DNA of 64,000 nucleotides from Octopus sinensis (taxonomy: Eukaryota), in NCBI RefSeq assembly GCF_006345805.1, contig NC_043003.1, positions 9,424,001-9,488,000 of the forward strand, written 5' to 3'. This document shows, piece by piece, positions 1-12,839 of the stretch (the stretch's first letter is position 1; each line of letters starts with the position of its first letter). Both the position numbers and the translations under genes were made by a program. The notes under the pieces are model-generated. The model ran no database searches. It saw only the letters and a program-made list of their open reading frames with translations, and was not told where the DNA came from.

Positions 1-2160
1 AATACGTCGATTGCAATGTCTGCTAAGCGCCTCTTCCAAGCTTCTCGGTTTTCCATTGTTCCATTTTCCCAATCACTACGAAATTACTAAACCGAAACGA
101 TTCTATTTTAATCACCCTTTTCAGAACGAAACACCATTTATTGATGATGATTACCTCCATCATCATCAGCATTACTTATTCTTTCACCCACTTTCTAGAT
201 TAACAATTCAATCATGCAGGGAGGGACGCGTTCAGCTTCAAGTAACTGGCTCCCTGCCTACGAACCTGTCAAGGTTGACCGTACGGGTGATTATTTGCGG
301 TCTGTGTACAACTGTGTACAACTGTGTACAACTGTGTAGATACGATCTAGATGTTGATTGTCCACATTAACACATTCGGGAAATTCAGTTGAAAATTGTC
401 AGGTAATTGGAAACATATGAACTGGTCTGTGCGGCTTTTGTCCTCCCGTCTCTTATCGGCCAGTCCCACACAGACCTTGCGTGCACCCAGGATACGGTTC
501 TAATCAATCATTAGTACTAAAGAGCGGGCGTTCCAAATAAAGACTCAAGACCCTGAAGAAATTATCACATGCATTTATACTGCCTATTTTGAGTTTGGAG
601 GAGGCATTGAGATGAAAAAAATATCTTATTTCAGTGGAAGGACATGTGTTCCGTCCTTCCGGTTATATATGCTATAAAGCATTTCTTTATAGTCTTTATT
701 GTACTTATTTATAGTCCTCCGAAATCTCCCGTTCCCTTCATCTATTTTGTTTTCAATTTGTTGTAGGTTTCCTCTGTTGTTTGTGTTATGCTTATACGAT
801 TAGGGATGTTATGTGTTGTGACGTATTGATTGTGATTAGTGTTTGTGTACTGATGTATTCGTTTCATTAAGTCCTTGCTATTTGTGTCTATGGCCGTATA
901 ATTGATGAAAGGTTTTCTGTTTGTTCGACTTGGAGAAGCTGTTCCTGTTGGTGTGGATTGAGTTGCGCTTCCATTTGCTTTGTTGTAATATAGGCGGTGT
1001 TTTTAGTGTTGGAAATGCTTCTAGCTGTGTCTAGCTGCATTTGTGATGTCAGTGTGTAATTGCTTGTCGGTTTCTCTATCGCTCCCTATGAGCTGTTCAT
1101 TTTTATCTGGTGCAACGCATTTCATTTTCTTTTTTTTTTCTCTTCCTCTTCGCAGTTATCCTTGGGAGGTGAGTTTTCGCAGCCGGAGAAATGTCTCCAG
1201 CTGCGTGGTAGGGATATCTTTGTGTTTCTAGCTTGGTTAATTGATGAGGGTGAAATAGTTTTGGGTTTTGGTGGTGTTGCTGGTATAATTTCTGGGATGT
1301 AGCGTTGAAGTCTACTGCTATTGCTGTTTCGTGTATTTCTCTTGTTTATTCCATTTAGTGCTGCCTATCTTGGTAATGCTACTCTTGGTGCTGTTGATGT
1401 CGATAATACCGCTGAAATTTTGCTGAAATTGCTGTAGTAATGAAGGCTTTGACAGCAGAGGAGGTATTTCTTTATTCACGGAGCTCTTATGTAGTTTGCA
1501 GCCCCACATAAATGGCATATATATTTTCACTCCTCAGCTATAATGAAAAGCTGAAAGTCATTTAAGAGATTGATATGATCATGGATGGTCCCAATGTTTT
1601 CTTGGTATGTTTCAATTAATAGTTATATCCATGTGCTTCACTAAGATTCCGTTGCCAGTAAATACACTCTCAGAATACTCGTATTGTTTTCTTGTATGTC
1701 GTATATTACCACCTACACAACCAAGGAAATATCTGCTTCAGATTTTACCTTAGCTCTTTATATTTTTATCACTCTCCGACCGAGGCACGTTGTAATCGGA
1801 ACAGTTCGACAATTTTTAGTGTTGTTGAATTTTCCTTCGCTTGCCCTTCTGTTTGAAACCACCTCAACTGTGCTGTATGATTTTTACCTGAAACTGATTT
1901 TTAGTTACTTGTCAGCGTGAGCGAGCGTCATTCTCTCAAGCCACATTCTTTTGAGTCTAATACATGTGGTGTAATACATGTGTATGGTATTAATTTACTG
2001 TAGATTTCGCTTGAATTTGCTGCAATGTATTTAGGCATATTGTCCTACCGTTTTTGGTAAGATGTGTTTTTACACTTTTCCTTAGTTCTTCTGGTTGTAG
2101 AACAGATTATTATTTTCTGCAAACATTTTTGAAGTCATTTCAACTTTGTTTGCAATAGTC
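1..2160 (-). mobile_element. Decayed L1/Tx1-like LINE: ORF1 relic plus endonuclease C-terminal fragment, internally deleted
   Basis: Minus-strand translation gives KSRTDQFIC (~420-450; like the APE motif SRIDxF) and QGASYLKLNASLLHD (~205-255; like L1/Tx1 GxxYWKLNxSLL). It also gives a degenerate zinc knuckle FQLFIIAEE*KYICHLCGAANYIRA (~1470-1555). Many stops and frameshifts. Confidence 0.6.
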
Positions 2161-2480
2161 GCTGCTTACCACGTTTATAGTATTTATTTTTTTGCTAGAA
2201 GAGGCATAAATCATGTTAAATTCAATGTTTTTTCATCGTTGTCACTGTCGTTATTAGTGTTATAGCTATTGTCTTTCGTACATTGTCTTTTAGTTCTATT
2301 AGTTGACGATGGGTAACTATTTTCATAGTGGCTCTTCCAAGAATAAGTTCCTTCCCAATTTGAAGAGCCATGCCGATTTCTTTCAAATATGTAACATAGC
2401 AATCAAATCTTACAACAACAACAACAAGAGTAATAATTGTTTCAAATTTTGGTATAGAGCCAGCATATTCAGCGTAGGTG

Positions 2481-2581
2481 GAATCGATCTCGGCGAAATT
2501 TGAATCTAGAATGTAAAGACGTTCGAAATGCCGCTAAGCGTTGTGCCCTACGCATTAACGACTCCGCCAGCTCTCCGCCTT
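2481..2581 (-). mobile_element. tRNA-derived SINE, family A (head GGCGGCGAGCTGGCAGAA), partial
   Basis: Reverse complement matches the head of the fuller copies at 51177-51414 and 52322-52546. Confidence 0.75.
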
Positions 2582-2771
2582 AACGACGATGACGACAACA
2601 ACAAGAACAACAACATTAACTACTACAAAAACAATAGTTATTATTATAATCAACCTTGCGTGAAACTGTAGTGAATGAAAATAAAATAATATAGAAAATA
2701 ATAAAAATATATTTAACGTATTCAAATATTTGGTATGCCACAAATTTTCCTAGTTACACATATATATGTTT

Positions 2772-2822
<51 letters not shown>

Positions 2823-3103
2823 GTGTGTGTGTGTGTGCGTGTGTGTGTGTGTATGTGTGTTGAAAATGTACATTTGCAAACGTCTACTGAGACAAGCCAG
2901 TAATATAAAACTTTACACAGAAATAAATGCGCGCACCCTCACGCACATACACCCACATATATAAAGATTAAATTTACTTAATGCGTTTGCCTAGAATTGA
3001 TGTTACGAATTCCATCAATAACGCAATTCTTAAGTGATGTAGGAACCGACCTACTTGTATATTGATTCGGTTCAATAGAATAATTTATAAACATACTGTT
3101 ACG

Positions 3104-3154
<51 letters not shown>

Positions 3155-3185
3155 ATATATATATATATATGTATATGTGTATGTG

Positions 3186-3217
<32 letters not shown>

Positions 3218-3236
3218 ATATGTATATGTGTGTATG

Positions 3237-3291
<55 letters not shown>

Positions 3292-3699
3292 CGTGTGTGA
3301 GTGTGTGTGTGGGCGCGGTTGTGTGTTGATATATTCGTATGCATACCAAAAATGTGCATACATCAGCGTTCTGAATTCTGCGTGTTTTTCTATAATTATC
3401 ATTAGCCAATATTTGTTATAAAATTGAATTGTTCTGTACTTCAGTATTTTATTTCAATCCGTTAGTGAAACAATATGTATATTTTAATGTGATTAATATG
3501 TCACGTGCTAAAATACATTTCGATAACGTTATTCTAAATTCGTTTTGCCTTGTTCTTAGTAATTCTTAACTGATCCATATTCTTAATAAAATTAAATATG
3601 AAACTCAATGTTGCACATTACGAAGCTTGCTGAAGTACAATGTAGACATAGAGTTTTAGGAATGATGAAATTTTCCGATCGATAGATTTATGAGTATAT

Positions 3700-4330
3700 A
3701 TACATGCTACCCATGCGGTAGTACAGACCATTGAAGGATTCGCCCAGAAGGACGTCAAGAACAAATACAACAAAAACCTAGGGGTGTTGCATGTTTTAAA
3801 GAGGCACAGTTATATGGAACGACATTGCAGCATATGCACTTCAAAAAATATCATCCCGTCTGCATTGCCGAAAGCTAGCCAAGAGGCCCAACAACCTCTT
3901 AATCATAACCGGCAGAGAAAATGCTATAACTAATGCGATGATAGCAGAGAGTGAACAAAGAAGTTGTCGCTACCTCATAATAGTGCCACCGCACCACGTA
4001 TGAGAATGGGGGCCCTGACGATGGTAAACAGAAGTCAGTATATTACCCAAACAAATAAAAGGTAATAAAATCTTTTGCAATAAGATTTTTCAAATCTAAC
4101 AAAGAGGAACCTTCCAGTGACGAGGAATTCCTATGTCAGACAGTTATATCCTTAGAAGAGGAAGAGAAGTCTTTTACTATTTAGGAGGAGTCCACTTCTG
4201 TGAAAGTAGCATCTGTCGCGTGAATACCTCTTTTTGAATAAAAATGAAGTTCACATCCCATCGCAAGGCTAAGAAGGATCTAGTAGATCACCTGCATAAA
4301 ATTTGCTGATAATTTCAGAGCGAAGCGGAG
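3700..4330 (+). mobile_element. Decayed LINE ORF1 (gag-like) fragment
   Basis: LLIITGRE followed after a frameshift by KCYN*CDDS resembles the xTGRxxxCYxC knuckle region of L1/Tx1 ORF1. Confidence 0.3.
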
Positions 4331-5415
4331 ATCAACGAAGTGGTAAAATCACACATCAATATCAGTACAATCTATATAAGGGTGTCTTTTAATGAGGGAA
4401 CACATCTTATTTATATTATTTGTAATTTATTCGTTATCGAGTTCTTGTTCCAGCACGAGTTACTTGCGTTTTTAGTTCATGTGTCAGTGTTTGTGTATGA
4501 AAGTTCAAAATGTAACTATGAGGTGAAAATGAAAGACTTAGAATATGCATACTTATCCCCTGCTCATATGCATGAATGCATGGACAAACACAAACATACA
4601 AACATATATACAAAAACACCCGTTCAAAGTAACTTACGGACTGAAAATGATAATATGAAGTGAAAAAAGTAATATAAAATGTAGAGAAAGCCCATAATAA
4701 CGTATACTTGTTCAAATGACCTGAGAAAAATGTTTAAGTAAAACGGATGAACCTACACACCCGGACATGCAGTCACACATTGAATCACATATCAAATCAT
4801 GTACATATGAGCACGCTTGTTATTTTGATTATAAAGGAACTTAAGCCATATCACCTGGAAATTAATGCTCTTTCATAATTTGTGACTTATGCCTTTGATA
4901 GATTTCTGTACAATGACAAGCTCGGATTAATTTAAAATCCTTTGATTTAAATCCTAATTTAAAATCCCAACGTTGGACAAGTGTCAGTCCTACACATGCT
5001 TCAACACCAGTTTATTATATTTCATGTCGATGTTCTCGATTGTCTCTCGCCTCTCATGAAAAGTAAATGAAATGATTGCTTCAAATTGTGACACAAAGCC
5101 AGCAGTTTTAGTGAAAGGAGTTAATCGATTTTACCAACCTCAGTACTTAACTGATATTTATTTATTGACTGCAGTCTGTCGTGGACTGCCTTGAAGCCTT
5201 GCCTAAGAGCATGAGAATACAAGATTATGGCTGGGATTTGAATCTCTGATGTGGTGAAGGTAAACACTAAAACACGGTAGAAATACTGCAATGTCTTACG
5301 TTCGGCACTTTAATAATTCGCCCTGAAATGGTGAATTATCGATTGTGAAAGGCTGCTGAAAGGGAAAAGTATTTGAAAAACTGCATGCAAACTTATTCAG
5401 TATTATTATATTCAG

Positions 5416-5494
<79 letters not shown>

Positions 5495-5520
5495 CATGTA
5501 TGTGTGTATGTCAATGTGAA

Positions 5521-5719
5521 TGCGTTTGTTTTCCAGCAGCGCTTGACAATCGGTGTCCGTGTGGTTACGTCACTGTAACTTAGCTGTCCAGCAAAAGAGG
5601 TCGATAGAATAAGTACCTGGTTTAAAACTATATGTACTGGAGTCTGTTCAATCGACTAAAAATTCTTGAAAGTGCTGCCCTAGCTTGGCTGCACTCTAAT
5701 GACTGAAACAAGTAAAAGA

Positions 5720-5720
<1 letters not shown>
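5521..5720 (+). mobile_element. SINE family B, 3' half
   Basis: gcttgacaatcggtgt...gatagaataagtac...gactgaaacaagtaaaaga matches the 3' halves of the copies at 33497 and 52911. Confidence 0.75.
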
Positions 5721-5805
<85 letters not shown>

Positions 5806-6393
5806 CGTACATATATACATATTTATCTGTATATCTGTGTGTGTGTTTCTGTGTACGTGTGATTATGCGTATATGCATGCACATGCACACATTATCGAAT
5901 TCTGCATGTATGTAAATATGCAGACACTTGAGGTCACTTGCTTGGAATCGACACCAATTTACAAACCGATTCACAGTCTCCCTTCTGTCATCGTACCGTT
6001 GAACAATGAACTACTAACGCGCTACATCTACATAATGTTGGCTACCTGGCCACTTCAGTGTTTCAATGCTGATTGAAGCGAGAAATAATTGGAACCATAT
6101 ATCGTTCCGAAACAATATCAGAAAATTTGTTTCCAAATCCTTTCCATTTCTGTCGCATACTCAATACACATAGCAAACAAGGTAATCTTTAATTAAAGAT
6201 TTTAGAATTGACTTGTTAAATATTTGCACGAAACAGATGTTGTAACAAATTGGTACATGTGTATACATAACTTTATTTAGACATAGATATATTCATGCAT
6301 AGAGCTTTCGACTTTTTCTCTGACCCCTTAGTCTATAAGCTATCTTTATAGCTTTATCTACTTCGACTTTCACCGCTAAGTAACTTATTATAA

Positions 6394-6941
6394 TTGAGAA
6401 CAGTCTATGCTATTAGAGTGACTCGGGGTACAAATATACGTAGCCCAATATACCTATCATGACTACCCGTCTGATAAGGATACACCAGGCACATGCGTCA
6501 CAACGACTATGTGCGCGACATGGTAATTTCATATTGAGATAAACATCACATGGCCTTGTAGGTGGGCCCAGTTAGAATTTCTTTTAGGTCCAGTAGCTCA
6601 TCCCGCTCCAAAGGTCCCTGAATTAGGGCTGTTTAAAGATATGGAACGAATCACGTTTCTACGTTTGCAAAGGTGAGTTATTCAAACCCAACCAAACCCC
6701 TTTCAACACATGGCTATGATGCTCCTCTACTACTTCTACTCAGGATCAGAGACAGGCATATTAACAGCCACTAAGAGACATGCTCATTTGGTTAAGGTTA
6801 AGCAACAGACAAGCAAATCTGTGGTACTGAGCAGAATATCTGCTGTAGCACATAATTTTTATACCAAAACAAACATGTACACGATAACACTTCCAATCAG
6901 TTCAGACCAGAAGCCATGAGTGCCAGTACCTGATACTGCAT
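6394..6941 (-). mobile_element. ~0.55-kb non-coding repeat 'D', copy 1
   Basis: Aligns along its length with 25327-25800 (catgactacccgtctgataagg..., ggcccagttagaatttt..., gcaaatctgtggta.tgagcagaata). Flanked by degenerate TTA repeats. Confidence 0.85.
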
Positions 6942-6974
6942 TATAGTTATTATAGTTATAAATATTATTATAAT

Positions 6975-7432
6975 TGACTGAGAGAGCAGTGCATGCCATC
7001 AAAGTGACACAGGGTTAAAATATACGAAGCCCAGTATACCCATCATGACTACCCGTCTGATATAGGTATACCAGGCACATGCATCACAACCATATGTACG
7101 CGACAAAGTGATCTCATATTAAGATAACAGCACATGACCTTGCAGGTGGGGCCCAGTTAGAATTTTCTTCAGGTCGAGTAGCCCATGCCGATCAAAAGGT
7201 CGCTGAATAAGGGTTGTTTAAAGACTTTGAACGAAACACCCCCACTATTTCTGCTCGGGATGAAAGATGCACATATCGTCAGCCACTAAGGAAAATGCTC
7301 AACTGGTTATGGTCAAGCAACTGACAAGCAAATCTGTGGTACTGGGCAGAATATTTGCTGTAGCTCATCTTTTATACCGAGACAAAACAATGTACATGAT
7401 AACATTTCCAATCAGTTAAGATGTGAAGCTAT
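6975..7432 (-). mobile_element. Repeat 'D', copy 2 (internal deletion; joined directly to an R4/Dong ORF fragment)
   Basis: Head-to-tail with copy 1. About 65 bp are missing between gaaacaccc and cccact. Confidence 0.85.
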
Positions 7433-7850
7433 GATTTTTGTATTCGTTTGGTTTCAGCACAAGTCATCCCGAGACGAGATGGTCTATTGTTTCTTCAAAT
7501 GTATCGCAGAATCTTCATTTAGGGTCAGAACCGTTTTGAAGGACGTTAGCCCAGTAGTGTCTGGTAATCAAGCTTTGATCTTCTGCCACGAATATGAAAC
7601 CTTCTGTCTCTGCTTTTGGTTCTGAGCTTCTCAGATACTGATAGGTTGTTGCTTGGTCTACATCAGCATTTCGGCTTCGAAGTATATACTGTCCACGCAG
7701 AGGCTTCTGGCTCCACCGCTCTTCAATTTGTTTCTGCCCGTTCTTTTTTGCAGTCTGTTTGATCCGTTTTGATTTTTTAGTGGTAGTGGTTTCAGGTTCT
7801 GCATCTGCTTCAGGGTTAATGCTAAGTTCCATTGCGAATTTGCAAGATTC
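7433..7850 (-). mobile_element. R4/Dong-type RLE non-LTR retrotransposon fragment (post-RT region and CCHC finger)
   Basis: ORF 7515-7832 reads ERWSQKPLRGQY...LRSSEPKAETEGFIFVAEDQSLITRHY...NGSDPK, then *RFCDTFEETIDHLVSG*LVLKPNEYKNH. This is the WxxKxLHGQ / ETEGFxxAAQDQ / CRxC..ETIDHxxSGC signature. Confidence 0.85.
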
Positions 7851-7851
7851 C

Positions 7852-7913
7852 TTATTATATTATTATATTATTATTATTATTATATTATTATATTATTATT
7901 ATTATTATTATTA
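7852..7913. repeat. (TAT)n / (TAA)n microsatellite between two R4/Dong-type fragments
   Basis: tattattatattattattatt... directly abuts the 3' end of the element at 7914-8870. Confidence 0.95.
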
Positions 7914-8870
7914 CTCCTCAGGTCTTGCTGGAGCTTCTGGGATGTTGCATGAGTAGTCGGTGTGTTACCTGTAGCCTACGGTACAACTCTATTTGCTCCT
8001 ATCAAATATCTAATATTCTTTTGATAATTCTGGCCTATCCAAGGAGACAAACGTTTTGCAGCAACTCTACCGGACACTCTATTCCCATTTTATTTACGTC
8101 TCTCTCAAGATATTTTGATACTGCTCTCAGGGCCCCAACAAAAATCGGTACTGTCTTCACTTTTTTCATCTTTCATCGTATTTAAGTCGGTCGTACACGT
8201 CTACGTTCTCGCCTTCCTTCTTAATTATCAGTGAATCAAATGGGTATGCAACAAAAATTACAGAGCAATCATGCTTTACTGTGACCACCACGACTATATT
8301 AAGTTTGTGGTGCTCAAGCACCTGGACCGTTGGAATTGGGAAATTTCACAAGATTTTGTGTGTCTCCGACTCAGCCACTCTCTGGGCTTTGTCGCTGTAC
8401 CACCTTTTACACAATTTTCAATACAGAACTTTTGCTACAGCATTATGTCACCACAACGCATACTGGTTTCGGTTATGCCGAGGACATTCATTTACAAAAC
8501 GAGCAATAGTTTCATCAAATTTATGACATATTTTGCACAGCGTAGACACTTGTGGAAAATATTTGTCTTGCGCGACCAACATAATGCTCGTAGAGTCCTT
8601 TTTAACTGCTTCTTTCTGTAACCAGTCCTTCCATTTTTTTGTTGTTTTTGTACTGCTTAAAAGCACGTTTCTTTCCTGCCAAGCTTACTATTTAAACCAT
8701 GTTTGTATTCTCCCAGTCAACAGCCTTATCATTACTGGTACTTTAAACTCTACGGTTGTATATGTGTGTGAAAAAATCGTTTTTCTTTGGAATAGAAAAA
8801 AAGAATATCTTTATTTCTTCTTTTGCTGGTGTCTCAAATTTAGGTTATACCAGTGTTTCTCAAGGGACGG
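7914..8870 (-). mobile_element. Second, older R4/Dong-type element 3' end: CCHC finger, RLE domain, short 3' UTR, (TAA)n tail
   Basis: Minus frame reads LVAQDKY...LCKICHKFDETIARFVNECP...HNAVAKVLY...HKIL*NFPIPT..VLEHHKLNIVVV...VAYPFD...VPIFVGALRAVSK...LLQNVCLLG*ARIIKRILDI*. It ends at ...gacctgaggag(TAA)n. Confidence 0.85.
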
Positions 8871-8926
8871 TCGGACAAGTTGTTTTGGTTTAAACGTTTG
8901 ACAACTCAGCACCGTCGTTTTGCTCG

Positions 8927-8967
<41 letters not shown>

Positions 8968-9014
8968 TCATATGTATGCATGTATATTTAATTTGAAACT
9001 GACTTATTGGAAGT

Positions 9015-9057
9015 CCACCTGAAGATTGTCGATCAAGACAAGAAACAATTGTAGTGG
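9015..9057 (+). ncRNA. Minimal type I hammerhead ribozyme (dimer type, palindromic stem III)
   Basis: ccac-CTGAAGA-ttgtc(gatcaa)gacaa-GAAA-caattg-TA-gtgg: stem I ccac/gtgg, 5-bp stem II, self-complementary ACAATTGT stem III, predicted cleavage after A9053. Confidence 0.75.
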
Positions 9058-9236
9058 CGGTTTTTTTGACTATTTATTAAAATTTTATGTATTGATAAGT
9101 CTTTCCTTGTTTGTTTTGCAAAATAGTGGTTTTGTCTCTAATAATATTTTATAATATTTTACTATAAAATTGGATTTAATCCTAAATCTGATTTTTTCCC
9201 TGTAAATTTGGATTTATTCCCTAATATTTATTATAT

Positions 9237-9281
<45 letters not shown>

Positions 9282-11115
9282 GTATATGTATGTATGTATA
9301 TAAAGAGGTAGTGGGGTCAATTCCCGTGTGTGGCGTCTTTGACAGGTCTCTGTTACCACAGGTAAGGGTAGACAAAATCAGTATATCGAAACTTGTCGGA
9401 CGGATCGTACCTGTACCTGTTAGTATGTAGTTCACACTTGTCACGTTCTGTGTAAGGTGATACTCTTTGCGAAAAACACTAGAAATACACGTGTCTATAG
9501 AAATAAATTGTGAACTGGGTGTGAGTTGCGATAATTATTGTGCCACACCCACCTCACGTTTTAATTCAAAGACTGAATACATCATTTAGCAGATGAAAGA
9601 ACTGAAATCTCATTACCGATAATCCGTGGACAATCTCTTACGCACTTCACCTCCCCCCCACAGCACATACACAAATATACACATATGTATGCTTGTCCAC
9701 ACACACGCAAACACATACTCACACACATATATATATGTAAAGCATCTACATACATAAATACATATATGCAGACAGACAAACAGATATGTTTTGGGACCAG
9801 CTTTTGAACTCTCTCAAGAACTTAAAAATCAAACAAAGATATTTTCTGCGTCTCTTTCATGATTTTTCTCTCTCCTTGTATATCCATTTTTCAATCTATT
9901 TATCAACAATCAACCTATACACACACACACACATACACACACACACACACATATATATATACGCTCACACATAAACAACATTCACGTTTACATTAAAAAG
10001 GATGAAAGAGGGAGATAGATAGACAGAAAGACAGCGAAAGAAGGAGCTGGAATGTGTGTGTTTGTGTGTGTGTGTGTGTGTGTGTATGAGTATGTGTGAG
10101 TCCTCGTGTGTATATACGTGTAAGAGTGTGTGAACCGCTTAGGATTCCGGTTGTCGTCAGGCTGCTTCACCACACACAAACACACACACACACACAGACA
10201 CACACACAGAGACACACACACAGACACACACATGTACACACACAAACAAATGCGTGCACACATTCATACAAAAATGTCACTATGCTGTTACTTCATATAT
10301 ATTCATAATAGATACTGCTACATTACTGAATTCAATGTGGCTTTGTAACATCGTTTTAAATTATCAACCAGCTTTTTTTCGTATATATCTCATTTTTTTA
10401 ATCAACTTTATGTAATTATTTTTACGTTATTCATTTGGGAATGGTGCTTATTAGTGGGCGTATATAAATGCATATACCCCAGGAAATCAATTTAAATAAT
10501 ATGTGTGTAAATTTTCATAGAATTAATAATTATTCATCCAACCAGGGAAAATATCATTGTTTTACGTAATTTGTAAATATAGTTTTATGTTTTTTTTATT
10601 GATTTAGAAACACCTTTAAATAATTCGCACTAATTATGTCTTTGTACTTCTCCAGAGATTATATTAAATTAATTTTTTAGCAATGAAACCATGACATTTT
10701 TTCACAGTTTTATTAGTTTCCACTCAGAAAACTGTCTCTTTAATATAATTATTTGGAAAATACAAAAAACTCAATAGAAATAGTGAGAAAATGAGACAGG
10801 AAGAGAGTGACTTTTAGAAAAGATGAGGAGAGGATAGAATACAGGCAAACAGACTTCACGTAAAATGACGAGCGTGGATAAAGATATAGCAAATGCAAAA
10901 ACACTTTTTTATAATCTAATGAAACTAGACGAAATTTCACATGTCTATATTATCTGATGTAAATAAACGAGAATGTGAGAATGTTCGTGTTTTTATTTAG
11001 CTCAGGTTGTATTAAGATCACACTAGAAATGCATTCCTGTTGTCAATTACTGGAAATTATGAGTGCGTGTACATGTACGTACACGCACACACATACACAC
11101 ACTACCCACTCACAT

Positions 11116-11155
<40 letters not shown>

Positions 11156-12138
11156 TCCTCACATACGCACATACACCCCCCCACCCACATACATAAATTA
11201 TAGTTTTCTGCCAATTCATTTTCTGAAATACAGTGTGAATGTTATCATGCAATATCCTCATCATTACTGTCACCCATCAATAATGTACCATTATTAATGA
11301 TATAATATGATTCGTAATATACAAAAATATAAGGCAGAATTATAACAGTAAATCTGTATGAAGATGATTGAAGGCATCATTTCGTATTAGGGGATAAGTC
11401 ACTCACTATAAATTTCGAAATTTCATGCCAACATATCAAACCAAAATTAAAATATATATTTCTACTTTTTTATTTTTTACTGTACTTTTTAAAGAATGCA
11501 ATATAATTTCCTACACTTTAAAATAAGATAATTGGTTTGCTTTGAAGAAAACAGAAAAGTCTAACATTTTGACCAAAGTCCTGTATTTGACCCCATAAAC
11601 CCCGCACCAAATACTGTATTTGACCCATAAGCCCCGCGCCGAACAAATTCGCCTAACTCTTCCTTCTTAAGATGTCATTTTCCTGGGATTCTCTACTCAC
11701 CCACCTAAGTTTTTCCTGCAGTCAATTTACAGATGTTCAAAATGAACGGCAACAGTATTGACCGCAACAATGTAAAACAAAAACGAAAAGGTTAGAGAAT
11801 AATCTCATGAGATGTCCATGTAATTCAGAAATTCATACAGGTTAATTACATTAAATGCATCTAAAACAGAATAAAACAGGATTGCATAAACAATTTGTTC
11901 GGACATAAATCTACAAATCAGTGATCGCCATGTAATATAATTTTTGAAGTAGAGCACTTTCCTGTCTTATAAAACAACGTTTACCTTTGTATCATTATAA
12001 TATCGGTATATTAGACGAGTATAATAATAATAATGATAAAAACAAAGAAGACTTCCACATATGTATTATAGTGTGTAAAAATTCTTGTACATAACAAATC
12101 AACAGTAATGATTGAACAGAACACATATTTAAAAACAA

Positions 12139-12357
12139 CTTTAGAATATACGTACTCTTAGACTTCAAATTCTAATTGCTTGAGAACTTAAGAATATTAA
12201 AATGTCATGCTTTATATTTAAGCTTTGAAACCATTTCGTTACTTTATATACTCAATCGAAATGGCTTCAAAGCACAAATATAGAGAGTAACATCATAATA
12301 TTCTTAAGTTTTCTATCAATTATGAACGTGAAGTCTAAGAATACATATAGTCCAAAG
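12139..12357. repeat. ~220-bp imperfect palindrome (hairpin, MITE-like)
   Basis: 12139-12238 is the approximate reverse complement of 12257-12357 (cttagacttca.../...tgaagtctaag; cttaagaatatt/aatattcttaag; ccatttcg/cgaaatgg), with an 18-nt loop. Confidence 0.9.
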
Positions 12358-12839
12358 TCGTTTTAAATCTGTGTTCTGTTCAATGAACCAAGAAGATGAC
12401 ACACAAAAAGTCCTCAGTCGAATTTGAAATAAATTCGGACCAGGTGCGATATTAATGCGATATTAACTATATTGATAACACTATATCCATTACTACCACA
12501 TATTGGAAGATGATGTGTAACTGAATGAGATGCACTTACTATGCAGCTCTCAACATACTTTGTTTAATTCTGAGTGGCGCCAACCATATTTAGGTAACAC
12601 CTATCATCTAATTCATTTAGCTTTTCGTTTCATTCATAGACATACACATGTTGCCCTTACACGTATTTTCATACATGCACAAAAATATTTTCATACATGC
12701 ACAAAACATGATAGCCATACGAACTCAGAAGTATACACATATTACCTGAGTTCATTTACATATACAGCTTGGTTTTCACATTTGCGTGGTTCATACATAT
12801 AAATACAAGAGTGTACAGATTCTAAGCCATACTATATAA

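Noticed and set aside
301-340. Tandem ctgtgtacaa x3
   Set aside because: Simple local slippage within the decayed LINE.
6394-7432. CRISPR-like or satellite interpretation of tandem D copies
   Set aside because: Eukaryotic context, no short repeat-spacer periodicity and no cas genes; the units are ~0.5-kb dispersed elements.
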